The notes under the pieces are model-generated. The model worked only from the letters and a program-made list of their open reading frames with translations. It ran no database searches and was not told where the DNA came from. This document shows, piece by piece, positions 1 through 10,598 of a DNA stretch of 64,000 nt (the first letter of the stretch is position 1; every line of letters starts with the position of its first letter). Made by a program: the position numbers and the translations under genes. The stretch is taken from the NCBI RefSeq assembly GCF_032191835.1, contig NC_083227.1, positions 41,540,001-41,604,000 of the forward strand, in the 5' to 3' direction. This DNA comes from Heteronotia binoei (Eukaryota).

Positions 1-119
1 CATTGCCACACATTAAGCCTCTGTTAAAGGGACAAGGCTTTTTTCTCCAAGCCTGTTAGCAATCCTATGGGCAGAAGAAATGTATAAGAGCAGCAGACCG
101 GGAAGAGAACAGGAAGGGG

Positions 120-2332
120 CTAGTTTATCAAGGAAGAGGCCTGGGCCCCAGAAGGGGCAGGCGAGGGGAAGGACGGATGTTGGAAGCCTCGGGAGGTGAA
201 AGGCAGGGCCCAGGGTAGATCCAGGGAAGGGATGGGGAGGGAGGAGGGAGAAGGAGGGAAGGAAGACAGGGTGGGGAGGGGGCCTGGTGAACCGAAGGAG
301 GCAGAGAAGGCTGAGGCAGGGAGAGGAGCAGCAGGCTTGGGGGTGCCAGCAGCCAGCAGCGAAGCAGGGGCTGTGCCAGTGCCAGCAGAGGCCTTGTCGT
401 TGCTATGGGTGCGCTGGTGGCGGTTGAGGTGGGAGCTGCGGCTGAAGCATTTGCCACAGATGCTGCATTTGTAGGGCTTCTCCCCGGTGTGGGTGCGCTG
501 GTGGATGGTGAGCTCCGAGCGCTGGATGAAGGCTTTGCCACAGTCCCCGCAAGCATAGGGCTTCTCACCCAGGTGGATGCGCTGGTGTTTGATGAGGTTA
601 GAGCTGACGCTGAAGCACTTGCCGCAGGCATCGCAGCGGTACGGCTTCTCGCCAGTGTGCATGCGCCGGTGCTTGGTGAGGTCAGACTTCTGGATGAAGC
701 CCTTTCCACAGTCGGCGCACTTGTAGGGCTTCTCACCCAAGTGGGTGCGCTGGTGCTTCAGCAGGTTGGAACGCACGCTGAAACTTTTGCCGCACTCGTT
801 GCACTTGTAGGGCTTCTCGCCAGTGTGCATGCGCCGGTGTTTGGCCAGTGCCGAGTTCTGGGCAAAGCACTTGCCGCAGTCTATACAAGAGTAGGGCTTC
901 TCACCTGTCTGAGTTCCTTGGTGCCGCACGCCCTCCCCCCCGCCCCTCCCGCACTCACTGCAAGCCGGGCGCCGCCAGAGGAAACTCTTGCCGCAGTCAC
1001 TGCACTTGCAGGGCAGCAAGGTCCCACGCCGGCGTTTTCGCCGCCCGCCCAAGAAACCACAGTCCATGCAACGACAGGGCAGGTGCTCAGCACTCCTGTG
1101 CACCCGCTGGTGCCGCTCCAAGTGGGAGCTCTGTGAGAAGCCCTTACCACAGTCATCGCAGTGGTAGGGCTTGTCACCAGCATGGATGCGCTGGTGCCGG
1201 TCCAGGTGGGAACTCCAAGCAAAGCTCTTCCCACAGTCACTGCAGGTGTAGGGCTTGGCAGAGCCATCGGGGTGGCGGGTGCGCCGGTGCTGAAGCAGGG
1301 CACCGTTCAGCCCAAAGCTCTTGCCACAGTCTTCGCAGACATAGGGTTTCTCTGCAGCGTGGTGCGCACGCCGGTGCTTGGACAGCGCCGCGTTCTTGTT
1401 AAACCCTTTCCCGCAGTCACCACACTGGTAGGGTTTGGTGCTGGCTTTGCTTGCTGGTGTGGTTGTGGAAGCCAGGCAGCACTTGCAAGGAGAAGCCTGG
1501 ATGCTGCCAAAGTGGATGCGCCGGTGGCGGTCGAGGTGAGAACTCCAAGCAAAAGCACGGCCGCAATCCTCACAGACGTAGGGCTTCTCACCGGTGTGGA
1601 TGCGCCGGTGGCGCTCTAAGTGCGAGTTCCAGTTGAAGCCCTTGCCGCACTCGGTGCATTTGTAGGGCTTCTCTTCCAAGTGCTGCTTTTGGTGTTTGAT
1701 GAGGTGGGCAGGAAGGCCAAAGCTCTTGCCACAGACATTGCACTCGCAGGGCCGAGCTGGGCTCGCACTCGTCTTCTTGCCCACGTGACTGCGTTGGTGC
1801 TGGATGAAGGCCGAGCCAACGCTGAAGCTCTTGCCGCACTCGGCGCAGCGGTAGGGCTTGGTGCTGGTGTGGCGCCGCTGGTGGGTCACGAGGGTGGAGT
1901 TGAGGCGGAAGCACTTTCCGCACTCATTGCACTTGTAAGGCTTCTCCAGGCCGCTGCCACTGTGCAGCCGTGAGCGCTTGCCAAAGCCAAAGCCCTTCCC
2001 GCAATCGAGGCATCGCCCGGCATGGCTGAGCAGCCCGTGGTGGCCTCGTGGGGAGAACTTCTTGAAGCCACGGTGAGCAATGGGCTTGCTGGCCTGTTTC
2101 TTCCCCAAGGACTTCTTTGGCTGCTCCTTCAGGGCTGCCTGGCCCTGGCTTTCATTGCTGGCCTTCTCCTTCGACTTCTCCTGCAGAAGGTCCTGTTGGG
2201 TGTCTACTTTCTCCACTGCAATGTTCTCCCCACCGTCTTCTTCTCCTCCTCCATCCTGTGGTGTTGCCACCGCCTCCTCCTCCTCCTCTTCCTCCTCCTC
2301 ATTCCCATTGTTACTCATCATCCCATCATCTG
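120..2332 (-). CDS. ZNF-A terminal exon: acidic N-terminal region, 15 intact C2H2 fingers plus degenerate fingers, and a 94-aa Pro/Ser-rich tail
   Basis: The ORF 120..2321 has CxxC...HxxxH repeats with TGEKPY linkers. The frame stays open to a phase-1 acceptor (minus strand ttctctcattgttccag|CA GAT GAT GGG ATG) at 2332. Stop TAG at 120-122. Confidence 0.95.
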
Positions 2333-2896
2333 CTGGAACAATGAGAGAATCCAGTAACTCCTGTGGTCTGGGAAAGGAAACTTGGAAGAAGGGAATTGAA
2401 AAAGGCTGTCATGCGTTCATAGACCTGGCATCACAACTCATCATTCCTCCCCACCAACAATCTGCTGATTCTTATCAAGCCCACACCCTCCCACACCTCT
2501 GCCCACCACAGCCTGCCTTCAAAGTACCCCTGACATTCTCTGCTCAGTCAGGGAGGGAGGCGCCATGTCTCAGGTTCAATCCCCAGCATCTCCAGTTTAA
2601 CGGATCAAGTCACAGGTGATGCAGAAGACTTTTGTCTGACACCCTGGAAAGTGGCTGCCAGTCTAAGTAGACAATACTGATCTTGATAAACCAACAGTCT
2701 GACCTAGTATAAGGCAGCTTCATGTGTTTTCTGCATTTCCCATTTCCTGCCCCTTTGGAGAAAAAAAATTCAAAGAGTTTGAACCCAGGTACAAGTCACA
2801 AATAATTTGTCATGCCCACAGCAGCTTCCTCAGTTTCCCATTGGTAAAAAGGCCTGAGCCACCACATCAGATGTATTCTAGTTTCTCCCATGTGGT

Positions 2897-3150
2897 TAGT
2901 TTGGTGTAGTGGTTAAGTGTGCAAACTCTTATCTGGGAGAACCGGGTTTGATTCCCCACTCCTCCACTTGCAGCTGCTGGAATGGCCTTGGGTTAGCCAT
3001 AGCTCTGGCAGAGGTTGTCTTTGAAAGGGCAGCTGCTGTGAGAGCTCTCTCAGCCCCACCCACCTCACAGGGTGTCTGTTGTAGGGGGAGAAGATATAGG
3101 AGATTCGGAGAGAAGGGCGGGGTATAAATCTGCAGTTTTCTTCTTCTTTT
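2897..3150 (+). mobile_element. tRNA-derived SINE of the gecko type; related copies at about 6408-6690 (+), 18400-18580 (3' part), 19915-20162 (-), 22478-22735 (+)
   Basis: Head tttggtgtagtggttaag...gggtttgattcccc (A/B boxes), shared body, tail ending ataaatc(ttc)n. Confidence 0.8.
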
Positions 3151-3719
3151 TCTTAGTTATCACTGGAGTCCATTCAGATCCGGCACAGCAATCCCACCTG
3201 CTACTAGCAGTAATCCTGTCCCACTTAGGTTTCTCTCTATTAATGTGCCACTGGAATCCATGGAGGCTACATAGCAGAGGCGCCTTGTGGATTGTGACCT
3301 GTGCGTTTCCAGAGCAACCTGGTGGGTTCTGACTCCTCATCTGCAAGCAATTAAAGAGGAACTGCAAAGAAAGGGTAATTGCCTAGCAACCGTCAAATCT
3401 GTATCCAATTTCCTTTCCTCCCCTCCTCCTCCCCTGCTTCTTCCTCTGCAATTTACATTTTTGGTTGCCTGGTACTGATTGGGAACTTTAAGCATAGTTT
3501 GTTGCTCAGCCCAGCTTATTCAGGGGAGAGCTGATTTTCCTTGCTGACAAGCAGCCTATGCAAGTATGAGGATTTTGCCTAGAACCCCATCCCTAACTTG
3601 GCCACTGTCTGCCCATTTTTATTCTACCCTTCATCTGACAAGCTCAGGCAAGAGGACGTGGTTCTCTGGTTCTTCCTCATGACAAATTTTTGAAGCAGGC
3701 TGAGGTGAGAACAAGCGGT

Positions 3720-3840
3720 AGGAGAAGACGTGGCTCAGTGGTAGAGCATCTGCTCTACCTGCAGAAGGTCATGGGTTCAATCCCCAGCATCTCCAGTTAA
3801 AAAAAATCTACCTGAGATCCTGGAAAGTGGCTATCAGAGG
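3720..3840 (+). mobile_element. Squam3-like tRNA-derived SINE, 5' part; other copies at about 2560-2730, 21295-21485, 40020-40220, 50025-50240, 60135-60325
   Basis: TGGCTCAGTGGTAGAGCATCTGCT...GGTTCAATCCC head, followed in the other copies by the gacaatactgac...gcagcttc tail. Confidence 0.8.
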
Positions 3841-4952
3841 TGGCATTCTTAGTGCTTCCCCATGTAAAAGTTTCCCAGGACAAATAGCACATCAGAGAGA
3901 AAAAAAGACAGGTTCTGTCTAGTACGTTTTTTATCAAATCCTTGCTCTAAGGACCTCAGGGTAGTATTGTTTTCCCTGTGTCAGTTTATCCTACCAACAA
4001 TCCTGTGCGGTAGGCAAGGCTGAGAGAAGGTGAGCAGACCAGTGTCAACCAGCAAGGTTTGTGGCAGAGTGAGAACTCAAACCCAGGATTTCCAGATCCC
4101 AGCCCAACATCCCAAACACAAAGCTAGCCCTAGACCTCCTGGCACCTTAGGCAAGGTGGTTAGCCTTAGGCAAGGCTAACTTCTAGCACACACCCACCCC
4201 ACACGGATAATGTCATCAAGTCACATGGGGGCACCCAATTTGACACCTCTAGGAGGCCAGCGCCCTAGGCAACGACCTAGTTTTCCTAGTGATAGGGCCA
4301 GCCCTGTCCACACAATACACTGGCACTCACTTGCTGTGTAAGTTTTCTAACTTACAAGGAATTATTAGCCTAGAGGAACTTAAAGAAATGTACTCCCTCC
4401 CCTGAAGTCTGAAGTGGAACAATCCGTTCTACCACTTCCACATTCATCCCTGCCCCATTCTGCCATATTTGGAGAGCAGGCCTGTGTTTCTGCTATGGCG
4501 AGATATGCTGCTTCCAAGTGCACAGAACAGGTGCATCTCACCTGGGAGAAACTTACCAATTTCTCATCACAGGTAAACTGCAAGTCTGCGTATGTGTGTG
4601 TGCCATGAAGTCGTAACCAACTTATGGTGACCTCAGCAAGGAGCTTTCATGGCAAGTGAGAAGCAGAGGTGGTTTGCCACTGCCTTCCTCTGCAGAGTTT
4701 TCCTTGGCCGTTTCCCTTCTGAGTACCAACCCTGTTTAGTTTCCAATATCTGACAAGATCAGGCTATGCCATACTGTCTTTCCTCCTCGGCAAATCTGAA
4801 TCACTTGCAAATCTGTTGTTTTCTGCTTCCTGTTAAGGAGCAAAGCCACCCTCCAAAGGTTTCCCCAGAAACCCTGCAGTATCCTATGGTGTTGCAAGAG
4901 GAACACAAAGTTTAACCTCAGCCCTTCTGGCTGGCTTCTGCAGCAGACTTAC

Positions 4953-5027
4953 TAGGTGCCAGTCCTCTTCTCCGGTGAGATTCGGCAAAAGCAGTTATCC
5001 GGGGCCAGCTGATTGCAATTTCCTCTG
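4953..5027 (-). CDS. ZNF-A 75-nt internal exon encoding (A)EEIAISWPRITAFAESHRRRGLAP(T)
   Basis: Acceptor ccatccatag|CA and donor CCT A|gtaagt give a symmetric phase 1-1 exon with an open frame. The peptide is identical over 23 aa to the exon at 39268-39342. Confidence 0.9.
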
Positions 5028-7100
5028 CTATGGATGGTGGGGGACGATGGGGGAAGGGAGGATGCAATTTAAAACAAAATTAGTTGCAGCACTTTGGTAA
5101 TCCAGAAGTTCCATCCCCAAATCATCTGCCTTCATTTAAGCGCCGCCTTGTGCCCCAGGAATTTTGTTTTAAAAAAAACAACACAAAACCACCCCAATCC
5201 TCTAGACATAAAGGCTTTGCATGTTTTATGCCCGCCCCTGGAAGAAACCCTCAGGCTCTGATTCTTTCAAAACACATGTACTTGAGAGCACGCCCTGCTG
5301 AAATCAATAGAATTCCATTCCAAGTAAGTGTGCTTAAGAACAGATCACACATAGGATGTCTGTTTGGCACATTATTTTGTTTCTACAGGTCCTAGATTTT
5401 CAGACAGGTTTTTGCTTTGTGGTTTTTGGTTTTTTTGCTACGGTGAGCATGCTCCAGGAAGCAGAAGGACAATAAGGGAAATAAAGGATAGATGACACAG
5501 GAGCAGGGACAACTGTATAGGGCACTGCTAGCCACTCCATTCAATGCCTGCTCTCATCTTTCAAGATCTTAAGATACCATTCAGGTATTTTCAGATTTTG
5601 CATTCTAGATAAAAGTGTGACCTATGAGCTAGGCAGTTAGTTTTTCCTTAGGTGGCAATTTACTAGGTGGCTTTAGGTAAGCGATTATTCTCTGAACCTC
5701 AGGCTCCCCCTCTCCCTAACTCCAATTGTGGAGATGACGATATGAGCTACCGATCATCTCATACGGAAATTATAGCTGACCTGTCTTACAGGGCAGTTTT
5801 AAGAAGTTCTGTGAGCAGATCTAGACAATATGGGCGCCAAGAAGGCAGCTGTTTTCACATGACATATTTTGTTCATTTATAAGACTTTCCACATGCATCT
5901 CTCATATTAAATTGATTGCTTGGCACCTCAGGAATTCACTTCAACAGTTTCAGCATGAGTTTTGATTCCAAACTCTCTGAAAGAACGAGGACTATCTACC
6001 CATCCTTGTCTACGGTTCTCCTTTCAAATTACTGGCTTCTACAGCTTCCTTTAAAAAGTTTGCAATGACTTACAGGATAAAAAAATGGCTAAAGCTCTGG
6101 GGAAAGTGTTTTTCTTGAAATCCATTGCATCACACCATGCAGATTAATATTTGCAACAGTCAATACTTGTGACAAGTACTCTCGCCAGATACTGCATCAC
6201 AAGATAAGAATACAGCAAATATATTGTATTGACCAGGCATGAACTAATGTTATGTGAAGTGCCTCCATAATCTGAAAGTGCTATGTTACTGCTTATGAGG
6301 AAGAACTATATAGTTGTCAGAGCAGTGGCTCCTAACCTGATGCCTGTGTGGACACCACAGCATCCACTGGTGCATTTCCTGAAATGCCTTGCTTTCCCCC
6401 AAAGAGAGCCAGTTTGGTATAGTGGAGAGAGCCAGTTTGGTTAAGTGCATGCACTCTTATCTGGGAGAACTGGGTTTGATTCCCCACTCCTCCACTTGCA
6501 GCTGCTGGAATGGTCTTGGGTCAGCCATAGCTATCACAAAGCTGTCCATGAAAGGGCTTCTGTGAGAGCTCTCTCAGCCCCACTCACCTCACAGGGTGTG
6601 TGTTGTGGGGGAGGAAGATAAAGGAGATGGTAAGCCGCTCTGAGATTCAGAGTGAAGGGCGGGATATAAATCCAATATCATCATCATCTTGCCCCCCCTA
6701 AGTAAAGAGTCAATTCTGGCTTTTCTCTACCTCATTGGATCAGGAGGTGCTTCAGGAGAGCCCAGAAGGCATCACTTTTGGGAGTGCCCATTTGGAAACA
6801 TCACAGGAGGATGCTTAGCTTGGAACCACCTAACATTTTGCAGGATTTCCCAGTATTTTATTATTGGTTGCCAGGGCAACCATTTTATTTTAGTGCTCCC
6901 TTTCTGTTTCAAAATTCCAAGTTGCCCACAGGTTCAATAAGATTAGGGTCACCTGCATCTAGAGTACCAGGCAAAGATCTGAAAGAGCTAGGTTCAAATC
7001 CCCACTATACTTTAAACCTACCTTTGGCCAATTGCTCTCTCACCTATCTCACAAGGCTGTTATGAGGATCCAGTGGAGAAAGAAGAGCCAGCCACCACCT

Positions 7101-7331
7101 ATCTCTACCAATGGTCCATCTTCTCCAGCATCCTGTCTCACACAGAGGCCAACCAGTTCCTTTGTACGGCCAACAACAGGACATAGAGGCCAAGACTTTC
7201 CCTTGATGTTTCCTCCTGGATCTGGGATTTAGAGGATGTGGAGGTTCCCCTCAGTCGCTATAGTTAGTAGCCATTGACAGACCTCTCCAAGAATCTATCT
7301 AATCCCATTTTAAAGCTGTTTATTCCTGTGG
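7101..7331 (-). mobile_element. Old CR1 LINE 3' end, interrupted by the 7332-10598 insertion
   Basis: CR1 3'UTR-like sequence on the minus strand that continues seamlessly at 10599 (ttattcc-tgtgg-acatc). Confidence 0.75.
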
Positions 7332-7597
7332 TAGGGTGGCCAGACCGTCCCGGTCTCCCGGGACATTCCCGGATCTGGCCACCCAATCCCGGATCCCGGG
7401 CTGCCTATACCGGGACCATTAAAGGTCCCGGTTTAGGCAGCCCCGGAGCCGGTGGGCCGCGGGCGCGGGCGGGGAAGGCGGGGAGTGAGGGAGGGAGCGT
7501 CCCTGCGCCTGCGCAGGGCCCCTGCGCACGCGCAGGGACGCTCCCACCCTCACTCCCCGCCTTCCCCGCCCGCGCGCGGGGCCCGGCGGCAGTGGTG

Positions 7598-8270
7598 GAG
7601 GCCTCTCCGTGGCCTCCGCTGGTCGCTGGAAGCCCTCCAGAGACTCTGGAGGGCCTCCAGCGACCAGCGGAGGCCGCGGAGAGGCCGCGGGGCACCCGGC
7701 GCTGGTCCCGGAAGGCCTTCCAGAGCCTCTGGAAGGCCTTCGGGGACCAGCGCCGGCCAGCGAAGGCTTCCCCGCGGCCTCCGCTGGTCCCTGGAGGCCC
7801 TCCAGAGTCTCTGGAGGGCCTCCAGGGACCAGCGGAGGCCGCGGGGAAGCCGCGGGGCACCCGGCGCTGGTCCCGGAAGGCCTTCCAGAGGCTCTGGAAG
7901 GCCTTCCGGGACCAGCGCCGGCCAGCGAAGGCTTCCCCGCGGCCTCCGCTGGTCCCTGGAGGCCCTCCAGAGTCTCTGGAGGGCCTCCAGGGACCAGCGG
8001 AGGCCGCGGGGAAGCCGCGGGGCACCCGGCGCTGGTCCCGGAAGGCCTTCCAGAGCCTCTGGAAGGCCTTCGGGGACCAGCGCCGGCCAGCGAAGGCTTC
8101 CCCGCGGCCTCCGCTGGTCCCTGGAGGCCCTCCAGAGTCTCTGGAGGGCCTCCAGGGACCAGCGGAGGCCGCGGAGCAGCCGGCGCTGGTCCCTGGAGGC
8201 CTCCAGAGGCCAGCGCCGGTAGCGGAGAGGCCCGGCGCTGGTCCCTGGAGGCCTCCAGAGGCCAGCCCCG
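7598..8270. repeat. GC-rich 165-bp tandem repeat (about 3.5 copies); each unit has two palindromes
   Basis: gaaggcttcc recurs at 7762, 7927 and 8092. Confidence 0.9.
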
Positions 8271-8372
8271 GCAGCTCCCTCCCTCCCTCGCCGCGAGGCC
8301 GCCGCCCGAGGACTCCCCGCCGCCGCCGCCGCTGGATCCGCCGCCCTGGAATAAGGTAAGGGGGCCGAAAGC

Positions 8373-8823
8373 NNNNNNNNNNNNNNNNNNNNNNNNNNNN
8401 NNNNNNNNNNNNNNNNNNNNNNNNNNNNNNNNNNNNNNNNNNNNNNNNNNNNNNNNNNNNNNNNNNNNNNNNNNNNNNNNNNNNNNNNNNNNNNNNNNNN
8501 NNNNNNNNNNNNNNNNNNNNNNNNNNNNNNNNNNNNNNNNNNNNNNNNNNNNNNNNNNNNNNNNNNNNNNNNNNNNNNNNNNNNNNNNNNNNNNNNNNNN
8601 NNNNNNNNNNNNNNNNNNNNNNNNNNNNNNNNNNNNNNNNNNNNNNNNNNNNNNNNNNNNNNNNNNNNNNNNNNNNNNNNNNNNNNNNNNNNNNNNNNNN
8701 NNNNNNNNNNNNNNNNNNNNNNNNNNNNNNNNNNNNNNNNNNNNNNNNNNNNNNNNNNNNNNNNNNNNNNNNNNNNNNNNNNNNNNNNNNNNNNNNNNNN
8801 NNNNNNNNNNNNNNNNNNNNNNN
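8373..8823. other. Assembly gap (451 N)
   Basis: Run of n. Confidence 1.
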
Positions 8824-8824
8824 C

Positions 8825-9351
8825 GCAGAGTGTTGGACTGGATGGGCCACTGGCCTGATCCAACAGGGCTTCTCTTATGTTCTTATGTGACGCAGAGTGT
8901 TGGACTGGATGGGCCACTGGCCTGATCCAACAGGGCTTCTCTTATGTTGTTATGTGATGCAGAGTGTTGGACTGGATGGGCCACTGGCCTGATCCAACAG
9001 GGCTTCTCTTATGTTGTTATGTGATGCAGAGTGTTGGACTGGATGGGCCACTGGCCTGATCCAACAGGGCTTCTCTTATGTTGTTATGTGATGCAGAGTG
9101 TTGGACTGGATGGGCCACTGGCCTGATCCAACAGGGCTTCTCTTATGTTGTTATGTGATGCAGAGTGTTGGACTGGATGGGCCACTGGCCTGATCCAACA
9201 GGGCTTCTCTTATGTTGTTATGTGATGCAGAGTGTTGGACTGGATGGGCCACTGGCCTGATCCAACAGGGCTTCTCTTATGTTATTATGTGACGCAGAGT
9301 GTTGGACTGGAGGGGCCACTGGCCTGATCCAACAGGGCTTCTCTTATGTGA
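8825..9351 (+). repeat. 67-bp tandem array (8 visible units) of the CR1 3' terminus
   Basis: Units start at 8825, 8892, 8959, 9026, 9093, 9160, 9227 and 9294 and match the CR1 tail at about 24765-24830. Confidence 0.92.
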
Positions 9352-9420
9352 CAATACTGACTTTGGTGGACCCAAGCACTGATTCAGTGTAAGGGAGCTT
9401 TGTGTTTGTGTCTTCTAGTG

Positions 9421-10328
9421 CAATTTTGTTCTCAGATCCTGTATTTACTTCATCAGTATATGGGATAAGGCACTTTCTCAACTGTGCTGCATAATGCAGC
9501 CTATTTATTTTGTCCTGTTGGCTCTGTTGGCTCTATCTGCGCCACCTTCATCACTTTCGGGGTGTGGATCCCCCAGTGGAGTGGTCTCCCGACTCCCTCC
9601 GCCGGCTGTTTCTGATAGCCCTGCGCCCCCTCTTTCATTTGATATGTGTCCCGTGCGGGTGCCACCCTCCCGCCGGGAGATGCCGCAAAATGAGCCCCCT
9701 TGAGGCTTATGGCGGCAGGGCTCGGGGGAAGCGAGCTAGACTGCTGTTCTTTTGAGGGGTTATAGAGTGTTTCGAGCCCGTCCCTGTGGCATCGGTCCCA
9801 TCATTGTGGGGCCCAGGGGGCCGGCGCAGCGGCACGCTGAAGCAGCCTGTCGGTCACTTCCAGGTTCCTGTCCTGCATCTTGACCGGTGTTATTAGTGAC
9901 AGGCTGCTTCGGCGTGCCGCTGCGCCGGCCCCCTTGGTCCCACAACGATGGGACCGATGCCACAGGGACGGGCTCGAAACACTCTATAACCCCTCAAAAG
10001 AACAGCAGTCTAGCTCGCTTCCCCCGAGCCCTGCCGCCATAAGCCTCAAGGGGGCTCATTTTGCGGCATCTCCCGGCGGGAGGGTGGCACCCGCACGGGA
10101 CACATATCAAATGAAAGAGGGGGCGCAGGGCTATCAGAAACAGTCAGCGGAGGGAGTCGGGAGACCACCCCACTGGGGGATCCACACCCCGAAAGTGATG
10201 AAGGTGGCGCAGATAGAGCCAACAGAGCCAACAGGACAAAATAAATAGGCTGCATTATGCAGCACAGTTGAGAAAGTGCCTTATCCCATATACTGATGGA
10301 GTATATACAGGATTTGAGAACAAAATTG
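9421..10328. repeat. 908-bp palindrome: 431-bp arms (9421-9851 and 9898-10328), 46-nt loop
   Basis: The arms are reverse complements with about 10 mismatches counted by eye. Confidence 0.95.
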
Positions 10329-10598
10329 TTTCCGGCGGTGATATTTGGGGGATTTTTGGGGACGTCACAGGAAGTGCTGTGAAGTCACTTCCTGTTTCCG
10401 GCAGGTGACGCGGGGGAAATGATGTCACAGGAAGTGATGCCACTTCCTGTTTCCGGTGGTGGCATGACATCACCGGAAGTGACGTCACCGGAAGTGACGT
10501 CACTTCCTGTTTCCGGCGGCGCGAGCGCTTTGCGCGCGCGCAACCCCCCCCCCCCCCCCAGTGTCCCTGGCTGGCCTTCAGACATTATGGTCACCCTA

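Larger units (their letters stand above)
7332..10598. mobile_element. Non-autonomous hAT-like (Blackjack-type termini) DNA element with 5-bp TSD; composite interior
   Basis: TIRs TAGGGTGGCCAGA and TATGGTCACCCTA; tgtgg duplicated at 7327-7331 and 10599-10603. Confidence 0.75.

Noticed and set aside
128-1973. Many overlapping or antisense ORFs (e.g. 405..1136, 848..1402, 128..736) over the ZNF exons; likewise at 26393-28043 and 45064-46810
   Set aside because: Expected shadows of GC-rich, repetitive zinc-finger codons; no independent splice or start signals and no domain.
3150-3345. Candidate extra ZNF-A exon after a strong minus-strand acceptor at about 3342
   Set aside because: The phase-1 frame reaches TAG with only a weak GTCACA donor before it; 4953 splices to 2332 in frame without it.
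3720-3800. tRNA-like sequences with A/B boxes (also at 48522, 50030 and elsewhere)
   Set aside because: They are SINE heads followed by SINE bodies; no complete cloverleaf.
4953-5027. Resemblance of EEIAISWPRITAFA to the DUF3669 start (AEISLWTVVAAI) of the ZNF282/398/777 family
   Set aside because: Too few matches by eye and no following coiled-coil segment; needs a profile search.
7274-8925. Long ORFs in several frames (361-481 aa)
   Set aside because: Produced by a stop-poor GC-rich 165-bp repeat (a multiple of 3) and by read-through of N bases.
8825-9351. CRISPR-like regular repeats
   Set aside because: No unique spacers, vertebrate context, and the unit matches the CR1 3' end.
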